Source: Atractiella rhizophila
Taxonomy: Eukaryota
Reading direction: 5' to 3'
DNA length: 47,620 nucleotides
Assembly (NCBI GenBank): GCA_021432655.1
Contig: MU271278.1
Coordinates: forward strand, 62,001-109,620
Shown here: positions 37,445 to 47,620 of the stretch, one piece after another
Layout of the letters: every line of letters begins with the position of its first letter
Position numbering within the stretch: the first letter of the stretch is position 1
Notes under the pieces: model-generated
Databases searched by the model: none
Seen by the model: only the letters and a program-made list of their open reading frames with translations
What the model was told of the DNA's origin: nothing
Made by a program: the position numbers and the translations under genes

Positions 37445-38746
37445 ATGGACGAAGCTTTCCCTGGAAAACCAACTTGGAGCCCTGAGCAGCTGAAGGACCA
37501 ATCTGGGAAGGTGTTTGTTATTACTGGTATGTGTATTTTACCATATCGAATATCTTTAGACTTAATCGGTTACAACAGGAGGATACGCTGGCATAGGCAA
37601 GGAAACCACGAAGGTACATGTTTCCTTTCCCCATAATTGAACGCTGCTAACTTCCCTTTAGAATCTCCTCCTCAAAAACGCGACTGTCTACATCGCCGGC
37701 CGTTCAAGGTCAAAATTTGACGCCTGCGCGAAGGACTTACACGAGGAAGCGAAGGGGCTAGGGAAGCTGGATTTTGTGGAACTAGATTTGGGAAGTGCGC
37801 GAAAGGCGAGGAAAGGAGCAGAGCGACTTATTCAGTGAAGTCTATTCGCTCAGTTTTGGAGGACTAAAGCTGACGAATATACAGAATGACGAACCGGCTC
37901 GACGTCCTCATCAATTGCGCCGGCGTCATGACTCCTCCTAATGGTTCGACAACGGAAGATGGATGGGAGATCCAGTTTGGAACAAACGGTTACTCCTTCT
38001 CTCCATTTTTAGATATTCAGTTCTCACGACTATCAACAGTCCTTGGACACCACGCTTGGACCCGAACACTGCTTCCACTCATCCTGGAAACAGCAAAGAC
38101 AGCTCCGAAAGGAAGTGTACGGATTGTCACCGTCTCTTCTCAGGGTGCGGCAGTACGTTGATACTCTTTCACTGTCTACTTAGCTCAGCAGAAAGAACAG
38201 AGCGCAGACCCCAAGGGCATCGATCTAAGCGAGAAGAACCTCCGTCGCGGAACGAATGAGGGCAGGAATTTTTTGAATCAGAAAGAATTCTTCAAAGACT
38301 ACAGCGTCAGCAAGCTTGTACATCTTTTTCTCACCTGCACAGAACGAATACTCAGCGATGTTCTTTAGGGAAATTATTACCAAATGCGCACTCTTCACCG
38401 TCGCTACTCCTCTCAGAACCTCGTCAGCCTTTCCCTTAATCCTGGCGTGGTCAAAAGCGAACTTCAACGGACGATGCCTAAGCATGCACAATGCATCGTC
38501 GGCATAATTGGATTTGACGTGCAACGAGGAGCTCTCAATTCGATCTTTTGTGCGGCGGATGAGAGTCTGAATGATAAGAGCGGAAGTCACATAGTTCCCT
38601 GGACCAGGTAGGCTCGTTCACTTTCCAGCCTTGAAAGCGATTATTGACTTGACGTGGGTAGAATCAAGCCGCTCGATCATCCCAAAGCTAACGACGAGAA
38701 AGCTATGGACGATTTGTGGGACTGGTGCGAAAAGCACAGTGCCTGA
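37445..38746 (+). CDS. Short-chain dehydrogenase/reductase (retinol-dehydrogenase-like, multi-exon)
   Basis: [42 protein letters not shown] (YxxxK), [11 protein letters not shown]. Confidence 0.9.
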
Positions 38747-38894
38747 AGAGTTGGCCCAATACCTGAGACTTCAAATCGAACAGCTCCTCGTAGCAAGGAG
38801 CGCTGGGACAGAACGAGAGACAGATGCAAACATATGAACTCCTATATTTTCTTTTAGTACTTACAATGTATTGCTTTTCCATGCCAAACTGCGT

Positions 38895-39908
38895 TCACTT
38901 ATTTTCCTCGGGTTGTTCGTACTTTGGATTGTTAACTTCGAGAGGAGACCAGACACCGGCATCAACATCCTTCCGAATCCTCTGTCTCATTTCGTCGGGC
39001 ATCCTTCCATATCCCGCCTTCTCCATCCATACTTTCTCCTCGTCCGTCAAGTCCCTTCCCCTGAGATCACTATCGTAAGGATACCTGCCGAAAGTGTCGA
39101 TGATGGAGAAATGAGCCGTCATCATCCTCAACATGGGCCACGCGTAGTCTGCCATGCCGAGCTCTCGCCCTTGATTCTCTTTGGAAGGAGGATCGGAAGA
39201 ATTGATTATTTTCCAGAGGTAGAGGTCCTTCTCCTCCTCTTCCTGCGCCGCCCCAAAAGGATCTGGCTTGCCCGTGAATTCCTCTACCTCCTTCCTGTAC
39301 CGCACTAGGAGGCTCTTGTTGAGCGATCGATATTCCGACATGTACTTTTCCGAATGGATGAGCGGAGCCCAGATCCAGTCCATCCGCACCACATACTCCT
39401 CAAACGTCCAGCCCCTCTTCAACCACGCTTCTTTATTGAAAGGTGAATCTGGAGCGGGAACACCTTCTTTTCCTGTTGGAGAGACATCGTCGAATAACTT
39501 GGCAGCCGTCTTCTCAGCCAGGATATCGAAGAACGAATTCGTATACCTGACGTTTACACCTTTAAACTGTCCTCTCGTTTGATCCAAAATGTATATCAAA
39601 GCCACGACCTCTTCAAGGTAAGTCTCCCTTTTGGGATCCAAGAAGTCGCTGAAGTCGATCTGCAGGAGAATATCGAGTGGGTACGAGGCGAGGGCAAGCC
39701 AGATAGGCTTCCTGAGGGCGTAAAGCGTAGCGTCTTGGGTTGGATGCAGAGCATCCCAGAAATTTTGGCAGACTGACGTCCAGGACAGAGCGGCACCTTT
39801 GGGAAAGGGAAAACGTTCGTTGTGGATCTGAACGAGGAGGGCAGGGTTGAGGACAGTGCGGAGTTGAGATTTGACGGCGGCAATGTCTGTAGTTGAGGTG
39901 GTCATCAT
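38895..39908 (-). CDS. DUF924-like protein, intronless
   Basis: 337-aa ORF with ILDQ, APLIHSE and HFSIIDTFGRYP, resembling DUF924 motifs. Confidence 0.7.
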   Translation of the reverse strand: MMTTSTTDIAAVKSQLRTVLNPALLVQIHNERFPFPKGAALSWTSVCQNFWDALHPTQDATLYALRKPIWLALASYPLDILLQIDFSDFLDPKRETYLEEVVALIYILDQTRGQFKGVNVRYTNSFFDILAEKTAAKLFDDVSPTGKEGVPAPDSPFNKEAWLKRGWTFEEYVVRMDWIWAPLIHSEKYMSEYRSLNKSLLVRYRKEVEEFTGKPDPFGAAQEEEEKDLYLWKIINSSDPPSKENQGRELGMADYAWPMLRMMTAHFSIIDTFGRYPYDSDLRGRDLTDEEKVWMEKAGYGRMPDEMRQRIRKDVDAGVWSPLEVNNPKYEQPEENK

Positions 39909-40554
39909 AAGGGACGTAGACTTTCAAAGCAAGGAGCACTGTGAGCACAGAACGTAAGTTATTATTCAGAATTTGAACAAACTGGGTGATGGCGACATTG
40001 TTTTGAAAGCTGTTACATACAATGCTCTCAGGATCGGTTCCTAGACGGTTCTGAAACATGGCTCAGGACAGACGTTAGGATGACATTAGATAAATAACGA
40101 CATTTTTAATGCCACAGTGGTTTTATAACTTGAAAGCAAGCAAACAGGTACTCACAGGTTGTCTTTACTGGGCAATAGTGTGGCAACGAATTATTCTCTG
40201 AGCATCACCCTCCGCCACTCCTTCTTTTATATTCTATCGGAGGAACATCTCATGTCTCAGGCTAAGGATGAAGAGGATTAGTGTATAGTATTGTATTTGA
40301 AATGCAGTATTCATGCTTTTTCAGCAAAGCATTGAAACAAAAATAAATCAGGCTGAGTCAAAGGTATACGAGTAGGACAGTAGATACAATCAAATACAAT
40401 GGACTATATATACTGAGGACTAAAAGCCGGTTGAAGTAGTTTTATGGGAAGCAAGGTTGACAGCTTCCTCAAAACGAGCTTCCCCAGTCGTCCTTCCAAG
40501 TTCCAACCTTATTCAGATGCAGATATCGCGCAAAGCTAACGCAAAGGAATAAAG

Positions 40555-42102
40555 TCAGGATGAAAGGTTTTTGAATGCAGGATTACGCAAAGCTTCACTT
40601 GCTCTCGGTCTTTGCGCCGGATCAAGACAAAGACAATCAGTCATTAGTGCCAGAAAGCTTGCAAGTTCTTCACCTCCATTGTGACATACAAGTGCTTCCG
40701 TCAATTCCTCCTCGATTGCTGGTAGAGCACTCGTCTCGATAATATCTTGCATTTTGTCTATGGTATTTTGTTAAAACACAACTCGAATGTATAAAATAAG
40801 GACATACTTCTGAAAGCCGGATCGTGAACTCGAGTTTCATACCTCTCTAATACCTCTAGTTTGTGTCGTTTTCGAGTTCGAAGAGTCATATGTGCAAGGT
40901 GGAGGATGTCGTTTGGAGTGTCGTCATCGCCGTTGTCCGCAAAAGGAAAAAGCCAATGGCCAGTCGCAAACTCGTACATCTATCGGCTGTGATCAGGAGG
41001 TCCGATACTAACAGGCAGACGAAGATCGTACCAAGCACCCAAGGCTCCAAATGTCGATGGGAGGTCCCCACTCCATACCCAGAATGACCTCTGGTGCTCG
41101 AAGAGCTCTCGGTTGCACAATGGTGCTCATTTTTTGGGTTTGGAAGTGCGCTAGTACCTCAACATCAGTTCCAACTGTCAGCTAGGGAATCGAGACTGCG
41201 AACAGTGTCCAAAATCCGAAATGACCCAATCGACGTCTCGATTCTGACTTTGTCTGGTGCTCACGGCGTGGGAGAGCGGAGCAGAGATCACAGGATGAAA
41301 GGGCAGCTCGTTCGGAGGGATATCCTTCGGAAAGTCGTAGAGCGTAGACGGTCTCTTTATGGCATCCTCTCTGACAATGGAATCTATATCCGTGGGCCGC
41401 AAGAGGATGTTGTTAGGTTTGAGATCTGCCAACCAAGCGTGTGACAAACACATGATGGGCCATGAATGATAACCACACCTGAATGGACTACTCCACACTC
41501 GTCGTGCAAATATTCAAGCCCTCGCAGCGTTCCCTTAACGATTCCCAGAATAAACTTTAGGGGCAGTCGCCGATCAGCGAGCTGACTCTGAAGGGATGAG
41601 ACGCTGTAGCTCAGGACATCTGTCACGAAGCATATGTGTTTTCCAGCGAAGCTCTGAAAAGTGAACTCGTCGAGAAGGTGAACGACGTGTGGGAAACCAG
41701 GATGTGATGGAGCAGTCTTGGAGACTTTTCGAAAAATATCACGTTCGGCCAACCTCCCAGCTTCGACTTCGCGTGATGCGTGAGACGAAAGTACTTTTAT
41801 GGCTACGTGCCGTTCATCTCTAGGTATCAGAGTGTCATACAGGAGCTGGAAATCAGAAATAAGGCAGCGCACTTGAGATCTCTCGCGAGCCACACCGTTG
41901 AAAAGCCGCCCCATCCCAGCTTTCTTGTGACTACATATCGCCCATCTTCGAAACTTTCTCCAAGGCGGACTGGATAAAAGCCACCACCCTCCTCACGCCC
42001 CTTGGTGAGGTTCTCTTCAGGCCACTCAAGGGATTTCAGGCCTTCGTTTGCTTCATACGATATCGCCCGAGTGTTGCGAAGGGACCAGAGGGGTACTTGC
42101 AT
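40555..42102 (-). CDS. SRPK-like (CMGC) Ser/Thr protein kinase (multi-exon)
   Basis: GGFYPVRLGE..RYVVTRKLGWGGFSTVWLARD, VAIKVL, HS|DLKPNNIL, SDFGH, LRAPEVIL. The start is approximate. Confidence 0.88.
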
Positions 42103-42705
42103 TCGGTAAAATGAAGGAGCTCTCAGATACAGGAACGTCGGTTTCCAGTTGGGCAGTAACCGACCCACCAACATCTGCGGCTGTAGATGCCCTTCCCTCT
42201 TCGCGACGGCGCACCGCTGAACTGTGACCTGATTCTCTGCCAAGCTTCACCTGATTCACCCCAACCAAAGGCTTCCAACGAGTTCAGAGTTTGGGTGCAG
42301 CGGCAGGGATGTGTGTGGGCCAGACGGAAGGAACCAATGGGAGCAGAGGAAAGAAGGCCGGTTCAAAAGTAACAGAAAGCATGGTGCAAACTGCCTGAAG
42401 ACGTTTTCGCTTCGCAGGCATTTTCGGGACCCTGCTCGTGCTCGCTCCACCCCCGCTCCACGCGTTTGTAGGCCATTGTAGGTCATGCTGATTACCAAAG
42501 CAGCTTATAGATACTTCCCTTTCGGGAACCACGTAGCCTCATCAGGTCTCATGACGTCTCTATACCCAGGAAATGTTATATCAGGCGTCCCGTCATTCCC
42601 ATCATTTAAAAGCTTCTCAAAGCTGCCTCTTCCCCTCACTCGTCCCCCCTATCTTATCCGGCCACCGTTTATTACATCTGAATTTCACGAGGTAGCTTTA
42701 CGACC

Positions 42706-43558
42706 ATGTCTTCTCCTAAAATCACTCTATACACCGCGCCAACTCCTAATGGGATCAAAATAAGCATGGCTCTGGTCGGCAACTCTTCTTGTCCGTGTAA
42801 ACAGCGTTCTGACGAAAGGAGTAATAGGAAGAGCTCGGGATCCCATACGAAGAGAAGAGGTTGGCGTTTGGAAAGAACGAGCAAAAAGAACCTTGGTTCC
42901 TGAAGGTATGTTGTTCGCTTCACTCGAAACTGTAGCCCCAATATAGATGATCATGGACGGGATAGATAAATCCCAACGGCCGCATACCCGCAATCACGGA
43001 TCACAATTCCCCAGTGACTGGAGGGGAGTTCCATGTCTTCGAATCAGGCTCCATCCTCCAATACCTCGTCGATCAGTACGATAAAGATCACAAGCTTTCG
43101 TATAAGTATGGAACAAAGGAGTACTACGAGATGTTGCAGTGGGTGTTCTTTCAGAACGCTGGTGCGTCTCCCTCTCCCTCCATCCCGTCCTCTTACCTTT
43201 CAATCCAAGAAGAAAGCTAAAGAAAATTCATGTCGCAGGTGTGGGACCGATGCAAGGACAAGCGAACCACTTTGTGAAATTCGCTCCCGAGCGCATCGAA
43301 TACGGAATGAAGCGATACACGGACGAGACGAAACGACTGTATTCCGTTCTCGACACCCGCCTTGCGTCGCAGCCCTCTGGCTGGCTGGTCGGCGATCACA
43401 TCTCCATCGCGGACATCACCACGTTCGGTTGGGTGTATGCGTCCAAGTTGTTGGAGGGGAAGGTGGACCTTGCGGAGTTCCCCAAGCTTAAGGAGTGGAA
43501 GGAGAGGATTGAGGCGAGGGAGGCGACGAAGAAGGGCAATATTATGAATCAGAATTGA
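42706..43558 (+). CDS. Glutathione S-transferase, Ure2/YfcG-like
   Basis: TPNGIKISMAL, INPNGRIPAI, FESGSILQYL, GVGPMQGQANHF, ISIADI. Confidence 0.92.
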
Positions 43559-43880
43559 TTGAAACTAGGACAAATTGAAACACTGATGTGTACAAAGTAG
43601 CAATGCTTGATCCTTGTGATATGGATTTATTTGCAAAATATTGAATTCGTATCTACAGGCTTTCATAGCTTGCGCGACACGACAACTCTCGGGCACGCTG
43701 TTAGTATTCAGATTCAGTCAATATTGTCGAATCAAACAGTTCCACCCTTCGCGACACGCGAAGTTCCCGCCGAGTTCCCGTCTTATGTTGTAGTTAGCCG
43801 CAAATCCGGCCGCCTCAGTCTACGTCAAGATTCATTCAAACGACGACGCTCCTGCTGCCCTTCCCTCTACTCCCATTCTC

Positions 43881-46800
43881 ATGCTCCCCATCCGCCACTC
43901 TTTCTCCGGCACCGTCTCCCGCTGTAGAGCGCGCTCCGCCGTCCCATCCACCACCTGCCGACGCGTTCCTGCTCCCCTTCCCCGGCTCGTCTACGCGCAA
44001 CTACCACGGCATCGCTTTTCCTCTTCCTCTTCCTCTTCTGCTCCTTCTGCTCCTTCTCACACTTCCCCTGCCCCTCCTGAGACACGTGCCACATCAACGC
44101 AGGAGAAGGGAGACGGTCAAGATGTGAAGAGTTGGACAGATAATTTCGCGTTGAGCAAGAGGTTTCCTGACCTTTCGAGATTGTTGCAGAGGGCTGGGCC
44201 TGAGAAGAGGTACCTCTTCATTGCTGGTGGACTTGTATGTTCCTCTTATCCTTTCTTTCTCTTTTACTTCCTGCTTTGCTCTGCCCCATTTTATTTTTCA
44301 TTCTTGACAGTGTGTCAGTTCTTTCATGCGTACTACATTCTACATTCATAACCCGTCTGTAGGGGGAAACATGTCTTATCATCGAATAATCTAAGCTGAA
44401 ACGATGCAGCTGCCCTGTTCTCCAGTCGTCTTTCTTTTTACCAACAAATTATCCCGAATAGCAGTGTTGATGCTTATCATCAACATTCTCCTGCTCCCAT
44501 TTCCACGAAGCAAATACAGTAAAGGAAACATATCCCGAGCTATTTGATGCTTAAATGCAATGTCCACCAAGAGAATCTACTACGGGATGCCCCTAGCTTG
44601 CCTCCTGCTATCATTCTGACTTCTTGTTGTCGTGACGTGCTGCGTGAGCAATCTTTGCCACAGAATAAAGCGCGTGACCTCCTACTCTACTCTGCTGCTA
44701 CCTAACATGTTGAATGACTGAAGTATCTGTAGTTTCTGTTGATCGACTTTGCGAAGACAGACATGCCGATTCGCCTTTGACTTCTTGTGCACTTGCGAAG
44801 AGAGCGTGTTATTGTCTCTTTCCATCCTTGCCTGTCTTGACGCGTTCATAGAGGGATCGTCATGGCATATTTCATTTATTGGTTTGGATAAATGGCACTT
44901 ACTTTGGTCCCACTTCTTTCGAATATTGATCGAAAAGCACAGCGAGAGAGTTGCACTGCTAACTGAACTAACAGATGGCCATAACCTCTTCCGTCTCACT
45001 CACCATCCCCAAACTAGCCGGCAAACTCCTCGACATCTTCTCCTCCTCCACCGGACCTCCGACCTACATCCTCGTCGGTCTACCCATCGTCCTAGCCGCC
45101 GGAGCACTGGCCAACACCGCCCGCGTAGTCTTGCTCCGTATCAGTGCGGAACGGATAGTGAAACGGTTGAGGGACGAGGGCTTCGCTCGCGTCCTTGGAG
45201 CGGATTCGGCAAAGAGGGACTTGGTCGCTCTCAACGCGTCTAAGGCCATGAACACGGCCCAGGCTGGTAAGGTTGGAGAGAAGGAGAAGGCGGAGGAGGG
45301 GGAGACGGGCAAGGTGGAGGTGAGGGAAGGAGAGAAGGAGAAGGAGAAGGAGAAGGAGAAGGAGAAGGAGAAGGAGAAGGACGAACGAGAGCTGAAGGGA
45401 ACTGGAGACGTCCTTGCGCGCTTGAACTCGGATGCCACCCTCTTGGGCAACTTGGTCTCGAGGGACCTCTTGGAGGGACTGAGGAGCGTCGTTATTGCTG
45501 GAGCGGGGATGGGCATGATGTTCTTTATCTCCCGTATGCCCTTTTCGTCCCTGTCCTCCTCATCTGCTCCTCGCTGATATAGGAGTGGATAGAGAAAATG
45601 ACGCTCCTCATGCTCACGCTCGTCCCGCCTGCCGCTCTGGCCACGACGTTGTATGGACGATATCTCAAAAAACTGTCCCAAAAGGTGCAGAGCGCAATCG
45701 CAGGTATGACCAGCGTGGGAGAAGAAACGATGAGAGGGCAAACGACCGGTGCGTCAGACTCGTTTCTGCTATCTGTGCATAATATCTTTGACACTGATGG
45801 ACGCGCGATAACCTGATAGTTCACGCCTTCAATGCGACACCGTACGAGGTTAATCGGTTCGAGAAGTCTAGCGAAAACGTGTTTGAGCTCAGCAAGAAAG
45901 AAGGATGGGCTAATGCCGCATTCTACGGAGCATTCGGATTCGTTGGTGCGTCGATTTGACTCTCTCAGTTCGCTCTCCTCATGCTTAGGGGTCAGGTAAT
46001 TGTACATTGTTTGCACTCCTCATCTATGGCGGTCACCTGGTCCAGTTGGGTGAAATAACTGTTGGGGAGCTTACCTCATTGCTTCTATACACTTTTTACG
46101 TCGGCAGCTCATTAGTCGGCGAGTCTTTCTGTTCCCCAAGAAGGGACATGCTCTGACTGAAGTGTGAAGCCGTCACAAGTTACTTTAGGTACTGCTCCTT
46201 CTTACGTCTCCTTCTGCACTACTTATGAGCGCACAGCTCGCTGATGAAAGGACTCGGAGCCTCGAGGCGTGTCTTCGCCCTACTAGACATCCGACCAGTA
46301 CGCTCGTTCACCTCTCCACGCGCTTCTTAGACTGACAGAGAAGCTAGATCTCTGTACACTTGCGATCGCCAACATTGGCTCTCCCTCCTCCTACTTCCAC
46401 AGCTCTGGCACAATCAACAACCCCCATTTCACTCAAATTACAGAACATCAAGTTCGCTTATCCCTCCCGCTCTCACATCCCCATCTTGGAATCTCTAGAT
46501 CTCGCTTTGTCGCCGGCGAAAGGTAGGTTAGTGGCCGTGACGGGGAGAAGTGGGAGTGGGAAGAGCAGTGTCGCTGCTTTGTTCGTTCTTTCTTCATTCC
46601 TTAAGAGCACCAATGGCTCAAGTTGTTGAATGTGATCACTTAGAATGATGCGTTACTATGACCCGCAGGAAGGCCAGATTTTGGTGAATGGTAAGGATGT
46701 GAGGGAGCTTGAGGTGGAGGAATGGCGAAACATAATCTCAATCGTCCCGCAAGAGATCATGCTGTTCTCCGGTTCGTCCCATCTCTGACATCCTCCTTCG

Positions 46801-47442
46801 CAATTGAGACCTCGACTCGTAGGGAGCATCAAGCAGAATATAGCATATGGGCTTCCTAACGCGACGGATGAAGAAGTGAGGAACGCAGCAGAACTTGCGC
46901 AGTGCGAGTTTCTGAATGAAGTTAAAGGCGGCTGGGACGCCAATGTCGGTCCAAGCTCCGGCTGTTGTTTATGCGGGACTGATGACGTGGTGATGCGACA
47001 CAGGCAGCCCAGTTATCGGGAGGGCAGAAGCAACGACTGGCCATCGCACGAGCTGTGATCCGGAAACCAAAAATTTTGATGTGCGCTTCTCCTTACCCCT
47101 CCGCTCATTACAAGTGCATGTGGTTCATTGGTGACGGATAGCATGGATGAAGCGACTTCTGCACTCGATACACGGTCCGAAGCGCTCATTAATCATGCGA
47201 TTCGTCGAATAGCGGACGAGCAGAATACACTGGTGGTCGTTATTGCCCATCGTTTGAGCACCATCAGGGGATGTGATAGGGTTGTGTTGTGAGTTTTTTT
47301 CGTTTTCATCTGATCATACAGCTGAGGAGACGATGGCAGTGTGGATGATGGACGGGTGGTGGAGGATGGAACGTTTGAGGAACTGATGCTGGAGGGAAAG
47401 AGGTTTAGGGAGTTCGTGCGGGAAGGAGGGAAGGCGCTGTAG
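43881..47442 (+). CDS. MDL1: MDL1/ABCB10-like mitochondrial ABC half-transporter; first intron 44235-44974
   Basis: R/S-rich presequence, TM domain, FAYPSR, Walker A GRSGSGKS, signature LSGGQKQRLAIARA, Walker B DEATSALD, IAHRLSTI. Confidence 0.85.
45332..45379 (+). repeat. (GAGAAG)8 coding microsatellite encoding (EK)8
   Basis: Read directly in exon 2 of the ABC transporter gene. Confidence 0.95.
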
Positions 47443-47620
47443 TCGACCCCGGACGAGGCCTTAATTTATAGAAGAAAAGGGGTCGTAAAAGTGCATAGGT
47501 AACCTGTTATACATAGACGGATCACTCTTCATACCTCGATTAATCACGCATCAACACATAACCTAAAACGATTCCAAGCAGAGTTACGATATCATAGCAA
47601 GACTCCTCACATCGAACGTA

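Overview
Eukaryotic, intron-rich fungal genomic DNA, most likely a basidiomycete (mostly 40-60 nt introns, degenerate GT/GC donors). Bases 1-6.6 kb are a nested, decayed retrotransposon cluster: two Tad1-like LINEs, a Gypsy integrase relic and a solo LTR. The rest is a dense run of ordinary genes: ArgRS, a Clr4/DIM-5-type H3K9 methyltransferase, KRR1, prefoldin 1, a GT32 glycosyltransferase, RIB4, a sulfate permease, a Dal5-type MFS permease, two head-to-head F-box-like paralogs, U1A/U2B'', an SDR, a DUF924 protein, an SRPK-like kinase, a GST and an MDL1-like ABC transporter. The most unusual element is a gene-free 5.6-kb stretch (about 23.1-28.7 kb) made of two ~2.5-kb direct copies. They share 23-41 nt perfect blocks, many tiny one-sided indels and a strongly directional substitution pattern (A in copy 2 or T in copy 1). 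This is what one would expect if the + strand RNA of copy 2 and the - strand RNA of copy 1 pair into a long, A-bulged duplex. Two other candidates stand out: a heavily base-paired ~870-nt first intron in the ArgRS gene, and U2 stem-loop IV / U1 stem-loop II mimics in a long intron of the U1A/U2B'' gene. All alignments, counts, folds and exon boundaries were done by eye; no searches were run.
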